Source of the DNA: Girardia tigrina
Lineage: Eukaryota
Assembly (NCBI GenBank): GCA_001938485.1
Contig: MQRK01200681.1
Span: forward strand, 1 to 54,475
DNA: 54,475 nt
Direction of reading: 5' to 3'
Shown: piece after piece, positions 25,604-39,622 of the stretch
How the letters are laid out: the number at the start of each line of letters is the position of its first letter
How positions within the stretch are numbered: position 1 is the first letter of the stretch
Program-made: the position numbers and the translations under genes
Notes under the pieces: generated by a model
Told to the model about the DNA's origin: nothing
Seen by the model: the letters and a program-made list of their open reading frames with translations, nothing else
Databases searched by the model: none

Positions 25604-26085
25604 GTAAATAAATCTTTTAAATCAATTTAAGATTTTTATGGTTGAACATTTATTTAATTATGGTTGAATCGGTTTGAATTTGATTTGCCAAACTTAAATT
25701 ATATGATATAAAAAATAATGTACATGGGGACTCAAAAGTCCTTTGACTATTTAAAATAAGATATCAAGTGAATATATGGCTGCAACGGAAACAATGATTT
25801 AACACAAGTAAAGGATCACTATTGTAACATGTTCACCAGTTGCTTTTCCAGATCCCTTTAGTTCATTTACTGTTCTCATATTCCTTGATTTTAGTGAAGG
25901 ATTGCGCGACAGAAACACATTGATGGTTTAAAATGTTTCACAAACAGCAATCTGAAGTGTTTTGGATATTAGATCAGATATTTAGTATCAAAAGACAAGA
26001 ATAAGTTGTACATAAATAGATATGGTTTTCTTAACACAAAATCTTGCGGAGATCTTTGAATAACATTTTTAAAGGGCTTGTTATT

Positions 26086-26873
26086 AAGGGCGCAATAAAG
26101 GTCAGCGTCGAAACCAAACACACAAAAGTGCCTTCCTTGAGAAACGATCTCGTTTCGCTACCGGTTTCGCCATTTGTCCGGGCTCCAACAATTGATTTTG
26201 TTGGTCTGGATTACTAAAGTAAACCCACTTTTCATCGCAAGCTACAATTCGACGGATGAAACTGTCATCGCGCGGATTTTCAAGCAATTTTTGACAAGTT
26301 TCGAAACGCTTTTCTGCTTGAATTTGTGTCAATTCATGAGGCACTTCTCGACATCGTCTATTGACCTTGCCAAGAGCGTGAAGGTGTTGCACAATGGATG
26401 TTTGAGGAATATTGAGTTTGGCCGACAATCTGCGAGTACTTATTGACAGATTTGTCTCGACGGCTTCACGAATTGCTCCGGAATCTACGGTGATAGGTCG
26501 GCCTGAACGTGCATTGTCTTCAAGGTCAATGTCGCCTTCGTTGAACCTTTTGAACCAATTTTGTGCAGTACGATTTGAGACCACATTATCGCCTTCAACT
26601 TCACATATCTTCTTTGTTGCTGCAGTTGCGTTTAAGCCCTGTTTCCAGTAATGGCGTAAAAGAACACGACTTTCAAAATTTTCCATAATTTTTCTAAAAG
26701 ACGATAAAAATTATATTAATGACTACTTAGAAGTTTTAATATATATTGTGATAGAGCAGTTCAAGAACTTTAAAAACATATAACACATGTATATAAAATA
26801 TCTTTATTTGGTAATAAGAAACAATTGAACAAAAAGATGTAGAAAATACGAAAAGACTTTTGGTTCACCCTAA
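26086..26873 (-). mobile_element. Internally deleted mariner with transposase ORF 26102-26686
   Basis: HTH, RSGRP, VPHEL and IVACDEKWVYF motifs; TIR TTAGGGTGAACCAAAAAGTC next to TA; catalytic C-terminal half missing. Confidence 0.9.
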
Positions 26874-27261
26874 TATAAGCTGCGGTCATCGACGTTCTCT
26901 GATCCAATCAAAATATATGGCCCTAAAGAGTACCGTTGTACGTTCTCTAAATTTCATAATATTCGACTGAGCAGTCATGAGCATGCGATCACTCGAGCTC
27001 ACGGTAGACCGGCTTAGGTAAAGTTGATTCTCGTTTTTGTTCAAATGGTTAATATTATTCGATCTCTGAATCGTGATCAATGTTTCAGTCTACGATTTGA
27101 GGCCGGTCTCGGCTTTTTCAACAAGACTCATGTTTTTCGAATCAATATCGTTTGCAGAATATCGCCTGACTGATTCGAAATCGATTACCATTTCTGCGAT
27201 AACCAGCCCAAATCTAAAAAAATTAAAAAGAATTGCATTTTTCAAAAAATTTTTTGATAAT

Positions 27262-27297
<36 letters not shown>

Positions 27298-27343
27298 AGA
27301 ATTAAATAGTATTATTTATTAAAGTATTATTGAGTAATAATGG

Positions 27344-27381
<38 letters not shown>

Positions 27382-29091
27382 TCATAGTTCTTTTTTAGTT
27401 TGAAACAACTGATTGAATTGATTATTTCTCTTTGAATAAATCCGGAATAGGACTGTTGAGAAAAAATAACAACTACAGCTTCTTACACATTTATATCGAT
27501 AGAAATAAAAGGACTCTTANNNNNNNNNNNNNNNNNNNNNNNNNNNNNNNNNNNNNNNNNNNNNNNNNNCTTTTTCAGTTTGAAACAACTTATTGAATTG
27601 ATTATTTCTCTTTGAATAAATCATTCATTTTATTACTCTTATATCAACTACCTTCGTCTATTTGTTTGTTTGTTTGTTAATTTTTTTATTTCTACAAAAC
27701 TTGCAAACAATTTTTCACCCATTTTATGTGGTTTGATTCAGCTTAAATTTCGCTCATTTTTGTTATCTCAATGACAACACATTAATCAGTTCAAAGATTT
27801 ACTAACTAATTGATTATTTAGTAATTTTTGTAAAAAATACTCAGCAATTATATACAGATGTGATAATAAATTAAATAGACGCCATGTAATTAAAATTTAT
27901 TTTATTTTCTATTTTTCATAACTTTATGAATTTGTAGGTACTGTTATAAATAAACATATTTTTGGATTCTTAACTAATTATAAATTATTAGTTTATTTCG
28001 TTGTCATAATGTGCAAAAAAGTAATAATATTCTGAACCTGTGGTTTATCACCATATAAAATAAGTTTCCAGTGAGAAAAAGAACTTTGGATGGTTTCAGG
28101 TTTAAAAACAACACTCAAAAGACCAGGCTATTTGAATCAGCAATTGGCGCCGAAATATTCAGCGAAATATTTTGAGCCGGATAGAAAATTTTTTTTCATC
28201 ATTATTTTACATTTATACCGCACTGAAATATATACCAAAATGCTAATGTTAACTCGACAATCATTTTCACCCCGACCAAATCGATCAAACAAGTCGTTTG
28301 AGTTGTGCACCAGAAATCTTGACTTCGAATCGATAGAATTGTTAAAAATCGAGATCAATTCAGTGAACTCCAAAAATCGGCACATTCACGCCGATTATAG
28401 AACACCATTTCAAATGAAACTCTAATCTGCAATAAAAGCCACAGAATTCTGTCCACTAAAATTTCAGTCGATCTTTGTGGTCTCAACTATTTTCCCCCAC
28501 AGAATTAAGGACAATATAAGTGTTTTTTTAATATTATAATTACTATTTTTAATTTCATTATTATTTGCTCTAGCATATTAATACAAACCATAACAACAAC
28601 AGTATCAACAGAAACAATAATAATAATAAATTCTAAAAACAGTTGCTTTTATGACCTTTAATTTTATATTATTATAAAGTTTATCATTGATAATAAGTAT
28701 TGAGTCAATTTAGAAAATATATTTTAAGTCATCTAATTTTACAATTATTTGAGGTATTTTGTTGAAAATACGTTATACATTAAAGCTATTCTAAGAATAA
28801 AATTATTATAAGAAAATTTGTTCGTAATTTATCAAATTAAATACTCATTGTTGTGGAATGAATTTGTCGTGCCTTAGATAATAATGAAACTTCCTAAATT
28901 TCTTGTTTTATTTTGAAAACATTGAATGTTAATTAAAAATATTGGTTAATTAAGAAGAAAAATCATCGACAACAAAAATAGTAACTGGCAAAAAAGAAAT
29001 TTTCTATCTCAGTTTTATACTGAAAACTTTTAACTATTAATATTAATGATAATAATAAAAATAATAATTCAATGTCATTGAATTTATTTGT

Positions 29092-30893
29092 TGTTAGGTT
29101 CGATATGAAAGTTTGAAGTCATAACACTAAAATTTTATTAATATAACAATTACAATAACATATTTTTCTGACAAATTTTCCAGGCACCATTTTTCTTTTG
29201 TACAAACCTTTTATACTGAATGTAATATAAAAATGAATACTTAATTTATTATTTCTTTATTTGGAATTTATAAAATTAATTTTTAACATTACTTTTATTT
29301 AAATTTTATCCTTTAAAGATTTTATTAAAATTCTTTACTTTTAAATCATTTTTGAAAAAAATCTTCATATCAGAAATATTTCAATTACAGTGGACTCAGC
29401 ATAAATCGAAGTGCCACATGCCAAAAAATGTCAAAATAGCCGTAGTTCGATATAGCCATAGTATCACCTTCCATTACTTAAGACTCAGTAATTTATCAAC
29501 CATTGTGATAATGATAAAATGAAAATCCTCATGGGATGAATTTTATAAAAGAAATTTTACATAATCATTTTTAACTAAAGAAGCTTTATTAATATGCATA
29601 ATAAACAATGAATAATGCAGAAGACATTATTAATAAACATTATTAGATTATGATCTCTAAAACAATGTGAATAACAAAAGCGGGGGAAATAATCAAAAAT
29701 TGATTTTTGTACTTTTTTTCAAATACTACTTGTTGAAATTAATGAGGTTGGTCGTCCAAAAGAAATTAAAAAGGGTGATACTATTGCAATCGACCCATTT
29801 CTAAGAAAGAAACAAACAATAACAACTTCAGAAAGAGCCGAAAATTTAAAAAACACAAAAAATTAAGAAGTCTCTCGAGATACCGTTTGCCGATCGTTAA
29901 AAAGACTGAAGTACGAAAGTTGCAAGAAATAGGAATCAACCTTTTTAAATAATAAGTAAATTGAACAAAAGATTAAAATTTGCATTGGAAAATGAAAAAA
30001 CAGATTAGAAATCATTAATATTTTCCGACGAATCAACTTGCCAATTATTTGCAAATAACATCAAGGTCAAAAAAATAGAAACCTCAGATTTCGAAAAAAT
30101 CGAAATTCTGTACTAAAATTAAGTTTTGGGGATCCATTAATTGTGTTTTATTAATGACAATTTCGACTCTGAAAAATATGTTGAACTGAAAAAAATTATT
30201 TAATACCATTCTCAAAGAATTCAAAACAAAAGTCTTTATTTCAACAAGATAATGCGCCTTGTAATGTTTCAAAATTTTAAAAAGCAAAAATTTTTATTTA
30301 TTTGGATGATTATTCCAAATGATTTCTTTTGATTTGTGTTTTTCGAGAGAAGATGAAATCACAGAATATTATATTTTTCAAAACAGTTTCCTAAAAATTT
30401 TGTAATTTTATACATTAAAACAATCAACAAAGTTATCACAAAATTGTTTTTTTTTAATTTTTTTAAGAAGTGTATTGACTTCGATATACGAATAGTAAAA
30501 TTTAGTTCTTACATTACAGTAACTTCGACATATCCGCCTTCGATATATACGGAGTGCACTGTATAAAGTTTCTATTTTAATAGTTGAACATATTTTTTTA
30601 AAAATCTTAAACTAAACTTTTCATTTTTATTTTATATTTTAATAAAATTTGAAATTTTATAATTATGTTTAAATTATAAAATTCTCATTTTAGATTTTAA
30701 TTTAAAATGTTTTTAAACCTACAATTTTCTAATATTTTAATTTATAAAACATTTTTTACTTTTAAATTTTCTCTGCTATTATTTTAATGATTTTTGTACT
30801 TTTTTCCTTCAAAAAATTTTCCTTCAAAATTTCCTTCATATATTTTAAATATTATAATTCAAAAATTTATGTGACTTCCCCAAAATCCTAAAA
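29092..30893. mobile_element. Degenerate solo LTR related to 9419-9745, hosting a nested Tc1
   Basis: TGTTAGGTTC...CCTAA(A)A ends; near-TSD TTTGT/ATTGT; shared ACAAACCTTT...TGTAATATAAA block. Confidence 0.45.
29388..30561 (+). mobile_element. Tc1-like element with degenerate transposase
   Basis: TIRs CAGTG(G/C)ACTC...ATCGAAG; TA flanks; GRPK, VSRDTVCRSL, IFSDES and QQDNAP motifs. Confidence 0.85.
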
Positions 30894-31345
30894 ATTGTAA
30901 AATTTGGTTAGAACATCTGAGAATTATTATTAAAGTCAATTTAGACATAAAATCAAAATTATATTATAATACGTTTTCAAAAAATAATTAAAAATAATAT
31001 GTTTTTGAGAAAATTTATTTTATAATCTTAAACAGGTATAAATTAAAATATTTATAATATTAACATTTAATTTCATGTCATAAATTCCCTATTATCAAAT
31101 AATTACACGTGTAATAAAAATTTTCCTTTTAATTTTGTCTAATTAATTTGATCATTCTTTGATAAATTTTCAAGAACATTTCTGAATTTCCAACAACCAT
31201 TAAACAAAAATAATATGAAGTTAAAATATTTGGCATTAATAAAATGATCGAAATATTATTGAAAAAAAATAATTAATTAAATTAAAAATAAATATTTATT
31301 AACATTTATTTAGGTTTCATTATTTTTTATTATTTTTTAAAATAG

Positions 31346-31506
31346 TATCAAGATGATTTCAATATGACATCTGTAAAAGAGATGAAATTAGTTTTCTTTA
31401 TGGATGCGATTGACCATATTGCAAGAATCGCAAGAATGATTCGTCAAGATCGTGGAAATGCTCTTTTAGTTGGAGTAGGTGGAACCGGTAAACAATCATT
31501 AACAAG
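31346..31506 (+). CDS. DNAH6: DNAH6-like exon 12 (AAA4 P-loop)
   Basis: [18 protein letters not shown]...[18 protein letters not shown]. Confidence 0.92.
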
Positions 31507-31589
31507 GTACGAATTAAAATATTTTGTTACTATAATAAATATTTCGTAATTAATATTAATAATAAATAGTGAGCTCTCAGAGATCAACG

Positions 31590-31960
31590 GCGAGAGATGA
31601 TGACTTCTTTTTTTGTTCATATTCATTTCACTGACAAAGCTATCAAAATCAGTGCACAAATCCGCTGTGGTCCAGACGGCTTTTCAACGAAGTCACTTCG
31701 TAGAGCTTTCTTATTTTCCCTACAGTCATTATATTGTTCCAAGTGATTTCTTTCTGTTCTTCCACCTGAAGAAAAACCAGAAATGGAAACAGTTTGCATA
31801 CAGATAAAAAGTGATGCAAGCAGCGATCTCATTAGCAAAACGTCTTAGCAAAAAGCCTTTTTCGATCTGAACAGACGGTGGGATGTGTACATAAAAAATG
31901 ATGCAGGCTGCGTGGAAAAGTAGCTTATAATCTCCAAAACATGCCAAAGAAAAACATGCT
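31590..31960 (+). mobile_element. Mariner C-terminal remnant
   Basis: FPYSHYIVPSDFFLFFHLKK resembles the YSPDLAPSDF motif. Confidence 0.6.
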
Positions 31961-32806
31961 TTTTTGGTAGGGTAGTCTCTTGAATTTTGACATCACTACA
32001 TATTTATGACTGAAAGTGGGATCAGTTTCAATGTTAATTGATTCCGCAATAAAATAAGTTGAATGCTGTACAACTTTGTATTAATATAGAAACTGCAATT
32101 GATTCTAGGAATAGGATAAATAAGTAGAATTCCGTTACAAGTTCCAGTATTTGACTAGTAATTCGGGTAGAAAAGAAATTTTGCCTGAAAAAATTTTCTT
32201 TTGAATTTTTTTCTGAGTTTTCTTTTTATTGTTGTCCTGCAGATTCTGAGGAAATGACTCTTATTAATTAGCTCTTAAATCACTGGAACCAGCAATAAAC
32301 ACCTCCTGGTACTTTTTAACAGATAACCAAAACCGATTGACGGTACAATATCTACTGTAACAAGCGTTGCTAAAAAAGCTTCAAAGGTAAATTTTCTCGT
32401 TTTTATTTCCAAGTTCAAAGTTTTTCTAACGAAATGACTTTAAAAAGTATTTTGCGTTTGGAGTGCATTTACTTCCTAGGTATGTAGCGGTTTAGGGGTT
32501 ACCAATAGATTAGGTTATTGTTAATTTTTGTGTCTTCCGCTTATCATAATTATTTAAACTAATATATATTTTAAAAAATCTTTTTTGTCCACGAGCTCAA
32601 TAATGGCACAGGGGCTTTAAAGTGTATTAAAACAGCAATGGTAGATCTCAGTGTCATAAGAGTAGAAAATTATAATTGTTTTATTTATAATCAATCAAAA
32701 GTGATGTGTTTTCAATAAGTTTTTCCTGTTAACATATTGGATGTTATAAACAATTACTATTAATATTGTTTTTATTTCAATTTTTATTTAATTATTATTA
32801 TTATAG

Positions 32807-33080
32807 ATTAGCCGCCTTTATGAATGGATATAATTGTTTTCAAATTGAATTATGCCGAGGTTATGATTATACTATGTTTCATACAGATTTGAAAAAAATG
32901 TATGAATGGACTGGAATAAACAATCAACACACTGTATTTTTATTTACTGACACGCAGATTGTAGTAGAAGAATTTCTTGAAGATATTAATAATATCCTAA
33001 ATTCTGGAGAGGTTCCAAGTCTTTTTGAACCCGATGAATACGAAAGAATGATTATTGGATGCCGAGCAGCTGCTAAAGAG
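32807..33080 (+). CDS. DNAH6: DNAH6-like exon 13
   Basis: VFLFTDTQIVVEEFLEDINNILNSGEVPSLF. Confidence 0.92.
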
Positions 33081-33122
33081 GTTCTCAAATACAATCTATT
33101 TCAAATTATATTTCTAAATTAG

Positions 33123-33368
33123 GCTGGAATTTCTGAAGGAAACAGAGACGGAATATACGAATTTTGTATTAATAGAGTTCGAAATAATCTTCATATAGTT
33201 CTTTGCATGTCTCCAGTGGGATCGTCTTTCCGATCTCGATGCCGAATGTTTCCCAGTTTGGTCAATTGTTGCACAATAGATTGGTTTACTGCTTGGCCGG
33301 AAGAAGCCTTATTAAACGTTGCGAAATCATCCTTTGAAAATATCGACTTGGGAGAAGACGAGATAAAG
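33123..33368 (+). CDS. DNAH6: DNAH6-like exon 14
   Basis: NLHIVLCMSPVG...FPSLVNCCTIDWF. Confidence 0.92.
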
Positions 33369-33556
33369 GTAACTTTTAAGTCTTTAAAATTGCTCAACTC
33401 TATTATAAAAATACTCTTATATTAACTACCTTTAGGATTGAATAACATTTAAAAGATTAAATTTTGTTTAAAATTATTCTAAAGAATTGGTATTTGAAAT
33501 TTATTAGTTTTGACCCAAAGAATATATATATTGAAAAGAAAATTGATAGATAAATT

Positions 33557-34667
33557 TATATCCTAGGAATAAAATGAAGACGATGCGTTTGGTATATCTA
33601 TTTTTGTATATCAACAATACCATTATCAGGTCAATCGACACTAACTCATTATACTGGACCAGGATTTTAACAGTTTTTTACTGGGAACCCACTTTCTGCG
33701 CACCCATTTCCTGACAATGCCGCTAAAATGAAACCTATTTTTCTTAAATGCATCTTTTTCAAACCATACGGGAAATAACTCTTAGTATTCATACCTATCA
33801 ATCAATAACTCTGGTTGACCAATGTACACGTGCACAGTTTCAACTTGATCTGTAGAAATGGGACTGTGATTATCATCAGAGTAATGAGTTTATGAATCAG
33901 TGCTGCATAGAGTAAGAGTGAAAATAGGGTAGCGAGCGACAAAAAGGATACAGTTTATCTCTAAAGTTTATTTATCCGATAAACCAGTTACATGTGGAGG
34001 TGGAGGAAGATGGATTTACACCACTGAATATTCTATGTAGGTGCCAACTTCATCTATTAATCAATGACTGGGCACCCAAAATTTCTTGTCAATTTTTAAT
34101 ATAATGCCCAGTTAGTATGTTAAAACATTGCCTGTACTGGACTCTACACAAATTAAAAACATTTTACCAATAAATCATTTGATTAAAATGTATTTAGTTC
34201 ATTTTTCTTAAAAAATTAGCAAAGGTACGCTAAATTCGATCCATTTCATTCTCTCAATTGAACCATTGGAAACTATCTATATCCGTTTGAGAAACCGATA
34301 TATGTAATCTATTTTTCCGAAGTTTACAAGGTAACTGAGTTATATGATAAAGATAAAAATCGATAGCCAATGAAAAGCTAATCTTTAAGATGAAAATTAT
34401 CAAATTCAATTCAATCCACATAATTTTAGCTTTCACATCAAGTCCAAAACAAGCCGAAATCTCATCGATATAATTCGGATGAAATGTCTGACCAAATGGT
34501 AGTCTGATAATAATAATAACACATTCGGAAAATGCAAGGTAACACACTGATAAAATACATTTTGTTTTGAATTTCTTCGTTCTTTCCAAATTGTTCACAA
34601 AATATTTGATTATGTGGATTGACCTGATAATGAGACTGTTATCGTCTTCTTTTTATCCCTTGTATAT
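33557..34667. mobile_element. Unclassified non-autonomous TIR element
   Basis: Long imperfect terminal inverted repeats (GAAGACGAT...CATTATCAGGTCAATC) in TA context. Confidence 0.55.
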
Positions 34668-35631
34668 AGAAGGTGTAAAATAGATAATCAGTGATAAAAA
34701 AAGAGAGAACACATATGTATCTACTGCATTTATTATACAAACAAACGAATGTTACATAAACAAATAATAAGAAGTACATATAATAAATCTTCTATTAAGA
34801 AGGTCTAATCGTTCAGGTACTCAAATTGATTGCCGCCAGTGTTAGCAATCTTTTAATAGTGAAAGAACACTCATTCACACTCAAAGATTTTCATCAGCAT
34901 AAATTTCTTGACAAGCTTTCAAAATGAACTGAATCATATCTTCAACTCTACGGGTCTTGTCCGACAACACCTTTGTAAGAAAGGCGTGTATGGCGTGTAG
35001 TGCGGACTATGTACATGTCCAGTCCTGATAAATACAGTAAATATATTTTTTTTCTCACTGTATTCATTCAAAGAATCAAACTCGAACTTATTTTAATCAC
35101 CTGAAAAAAGTTCCATCAATTGATGGACATTACTTTTTCCAAAAACAATTAGCGTTTTCATAAATGTGTCTCGTCATTTCAATCTTTGAAATACGTGTAT
35201 AAGTTTATTTTCTTTCTGCAGAATAAAATTATGTTGAAGTAAAATATTTTATATTGAAATTCAATATTTAAGGGTAAATTAATTATTATTATAAACTTAC
35301 AGATTCGTAGATACCCTATAGGTTAATATTACAAAAACCTTGATATTTTTCGAAGATTTTCCTTCATATGTTTTTAATGAACCACGAAAAGTTATTTTAG
35401 TTTTTTTACTAAAGATTTTGTGAAAGCAAATTTTCAACCTTTATTAAACAACAATACAGCAATTCCCATAACATTTCACAAGCTAGGCTACCTATTGGAG
35501 AGGTCAAATAAATTGGATTTATTTATTTTATTTGTAGATTTTTAAATTTAAATTAATTTCACAAATTAAACTGTAAATAAATTGATAAAGTAAATTTCAA
35601 CGAAATTCTTTTATACATTGTTATTTTTTAG

Positions 35632-35786
35632 GTAAAACTATCCCAAATGTGCACGGAAATTCACACCAGTGTTGCGAAACAATCGGACAAATTTTATGCA
35701 GAATTAAAACGTCATTATTATACTACCCCAACGAGTTACCTGGAATTATTAACTCTTTACCTGTCAATGCTTAGTGAAAAGAAACG
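35632..35786 (+). CDS. DNAH6: DNAH6-like exon 15
   Basis: ELKRHYYTTPTSYLELL. Confidence 0.9.
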
Positions 35787-36004
35787 GTATATATATTTAT
35801 CTATAATGTATCTAGAATTTAATGAGGAAGTATGAATAAAAAATGCTTAGTGTGAATAAATGAAGTTTAATTAAAGATATATTAACCATCGCATTTTCGA
35901 ATCCGACGCACTCGACCTCATCTGAATTTCTTAATTCTTAAATATTACATTAGTTATACTGTTTTATCTCCTTTAAGAAAAGTATTTTCTAATAGTCTTA
36001 ATTA

Positions 36005-37080
36005 TTAGGTTATCCTAAAAGTTCCCGGTAAATAATGAAATTACATTTTTTTCAAATTTCTTTTTGGCATTATTTATTTGATATTGATATATCGATTTAT
36101 TTATAGCATTATATGGAACTAGTAAATAACCCGTCATGTATGACGGATATAATTATATAGTTATATAATTATATAATTACAATTGTAAGTAGATAATTAT
36201 ATTAATAATAATTCATATGGAAAATTATCATGAATAATTCTGCTAATAATAATTTTCCATATGAATTATTATTAATATAAATATCTACTTACAATTGTAA
36301 GTAGATAATATGAGCGTTAGTGAAGCAGTGAGTGACATGGGCTTTTATAAGATAAAATACAAGATTACAAAGCTTCAAATCCGTGTGTTGCCGCGTCACT
36401 ATTGGAAGAAAGGCTTGACAACACGAGATGCTGCAAAGGCAATTTGCAAAATTGAAAGTACACAAACGGTCGGGAAAATTACGGCAATTGATTGTTTCAA
36501 GCGTTTCAATAAATGCAACTTTGACTTGAATGACAGTCCTCGTTATGGACGACCAACAAATTTGATAAAGATGACTTGCAAGCAGAGTTGGACATGAAGC
36601 CTTTGTCAAGTACTCGCGATTTGGCATTTAAGCTTGGAGTTGGCAAGTCAACCATACATTGGCATTTGAAGCAGCTCTACGTTGTACACAAGAAACCGCA
36701 TCTTGATCCACACGAATTCACCAAAGTACAGACCGATAAAAGAGTCTGAATTTGCCGACAACTGCTACAGAATCCTTGAGATGACCGCTTTTGGAAAAGA
36801 ATTGTGATATCGAACGAGAAGTGGGTCTACTTGGTCAACCACAACCGAGACAAGCGATGAGTTCTACAGGGTCAAGCAATGCCGTCAGTTCCAAAACAAG
36901 ATCGATTTGGCTTGAAAATCTGTATGGTACTTTGACCAGATCCGAGATCTTGCAGTCCGTTGGCAGAAAGTAGTCGAAAACGATGGACTGTACTTTGAAG
37001 ATTAATTGTTATTTATTTATTACTCAACGTGTTAATCATATGTTAGCTTTTCGTATTCTATTGACATTTCATATCGAAAT
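36005..37080 (+). mobile_element. Deleted mariner, same subfamily as 26086-26873
   Basis: TA-TTAGGTTATCC terminus; RHYWKKG, YGRP, DPHEF, SNEKWVY and RWQKVVENDGLYFED motifs. Confidence 0.85.
36119..36364 (-). mobile_element. Non-autonomous Helitron-like element (246 bp)
   Basis: Minus strand 5'-TC...CTAG-3' inserted between A and T with no TSD; GC-containing hairpin CCGTCAT-GT-ATGACGG (36131-36146) 8 nt from the CTAG end. Confidence 0.75.
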
Positions 37081-38973
37081 GGCTATAAATTTTCTTCCTT
37101 GTATTTTCATTAAGATCATTTTTTTATAAATGGGTTTCAACGATTTCAAAATATATTTTCTATTTTTAAAAATTAAAATTTACAAATCACAATAAAATAC
37201 TTTGTAAAATTGGACTTGTAATATAATTTTTCTCTTTATAAAGAAATATTATTGCAAAAAATATAATGAAACAGTTAACCGAGACAAAAATCTTGAGTGT
37301 CGAAGGGAGGATCCCATGAAAAACTCACTTTATAACACTGTTGTTATAACTTTTTAATGTTGTTTTAGATGAATACATAAATTACATATACACAAAAATG
37401 TATAAATTATATTACATGTACATATAAGATATATAAAGATATATTATTTTTTTACACGAGTTTATTTGTTTTTTATATTTATCAGAAAATATACAAACGA
37501 TTTTTATTAGCCAAAAATAATATCAAATATTACTAATTTAAAGTGATATTATTAGTTAAATTAATATTTTACGGGATCCACCCTTCAACAGTTGTAAAAC
37601 TTTTTCGAATTGTAAATTGATATTATTTCAGTTATAAGTGATTTATTTCAACTCTAGAATTATATTTTTAAAAACATAACTAATATTTTATTTTTATTTA
37701 ATATTAGTGTACAAATTTACCTCTGAAATTAATTAATTAATTAATTAAAAGCTACAATGGGCAATTAATTTAAATTTAAATATTTTATTCTTCTATTTTT
37801 ATAATTATTAAATTAAGTTTCAATTAAAGTATTATTGATAAAAAAATAAATGGATATTTATTTTAGGACATTAGAAAAGTTATTTTGGAAAAAGCCGCTA
37901 TGAAATACACAATTGAATAAATAAAAATAATTATTTTTTCAGTCAATTTATTATTAATATTTTAATTTAAAAATTAAAGATTAATACCTTATATTTGAAA
38001 ATTTAATTATTATTTTAACTTTGGTTAATTATGACTGTTTATTATAGATATATTATTCAATTTTATTTATATAAAAATCTACTTAAAATAAATTTATTGA
38101 TAAAGGATCTCTACGGATTAAATTTAAAATTTAAATTTAGAAAAGTTTATTTTAATTTATAAATATGATTATCTTCCAAGAACACTCGTCATATGGTCCA
38201 TTCCATTAGCTAATCTTAGTCAATCCACCTATTTCTTCGTTGGTTTTGAACCGCACCTGAAAGAAACACATTTTTAAAGGTTCAGAAGTTATATTTTCAA
38301 ATCCAACAAATAAATTGAAAAAATCATTTATTATATTCTTTTAGTCAATATCTATTCAGAAATTTATTTTACCTTCAGTTACATCAGTGCAATAATTTTA
38401 GCTAGTCAGTTTTTACTGACAATCAATTTAAATTTTATTATCGAAATTTCAATTATACCTTCTATGATCGTATTATCTTATTATTATGTTATTAAAATCT
38501 TTTACTCCATTCAAAGTCAGTGGACCATTCATTTATCGGTCGCTCTGTTTGTAAAGAATATCAACCTGTAGAAAATTATTTTTGATATTGATAAACCGCC
38601 CATGTCCTGTCTATCTTCAGAATAAATAACTCACACTCGAAAATTTGGTATAATTTGTATCAAGAAGAATGAAAAGAAATTTTTTTAAACCACTAAATAT
38701 TTTTCCGTCATCAATGACGTATAAATCTGTATCCTAGAGATTTTAAGAAGGAAATTATATCAATCGTCCTATAACAACCTTTTGTAATACAAATAACGAA
38801 ATAATCCCCCTTAATTCTCAAAGTATATCGACTTTAAAGTTTATATATATATATATTATATATATTATATATTATATATTATATATATTATATATATATT
38901 ATATATTATATATATATATATATNNNNNNNNNNNNNNNNNNNNNNNNNNNNNNNNNNNNNNNNNNNNNNNNNN

Positions 38974-39006
<33 letters not shown>

Positions 39007-39068
39007 AGTCTTGTGAACGCAAGTTTAGTATTTCGAAAATATAATTTGAATAAAGCTTTTTTTATATA

Positions 39069-39115
39069 ATTATTGGACATGTTTCGATGTTTGCATACAT
39101 CATCATCAGTAATTT
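39069..39115 (-). ncRNA. Minimal type I hammerhead ribozyme motif (Penelope-associated type)
   Basis: CTGATGA-T-GATGT/ACATC stem II-GAAAC-AT-GTC; stem I has one mismatch. Confidence 0.65.
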
Positions 39116-39622
39116 TTGGATGTTTAGTATATGAATATTGAATTGTTTGAAAAATACAATTTTTTACAATTTTAATAAATATAATTTACTTCAAAAGGTG
39201 ACAAAGAAATTAAACATTATTATTTATGAAAATATTATTGGGTAATAATGGAAAAAAATATTTTAATTAAAAATTTTAAGTATTGGAACAACCCCACCTC
39301 GCCCATTCTGAATGCCGATTGACGGGCGCAGTGTCCCATTAGTAGAGATTCACAAAACTGTCGTTCGTAATGTGAATATACATATATATATATATTAGAG
39401 ATTACAATGTGAATGGGGAATATTATAGTAGTTTATCAGCCTTTTATATTGTAGCTTTATCTAAGTTACTTATTTCGTTATTTCTTTTTATTTTTTGATA
39501 TTAGAATTTAAATAAATATATTTATTTACCACAATTACTGATTTTAAATTTGAAAAACAACAACAATGATTTTTCTATGATTTTAGTATGTTTAATAAAT
39601 AAAAGTTTTTTTAATTATTTAG

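Noticed and set aside
27389-27622. ~50-bp direct repeat
   Set aside because: It flanks an N gap; probable scaffolding artefact.
38160-38800. Possible spliced minus-strand gene (GT-AG pair ~38257-38372)
   Set aside because: The frames I translated contain stops and I recognise no protein.
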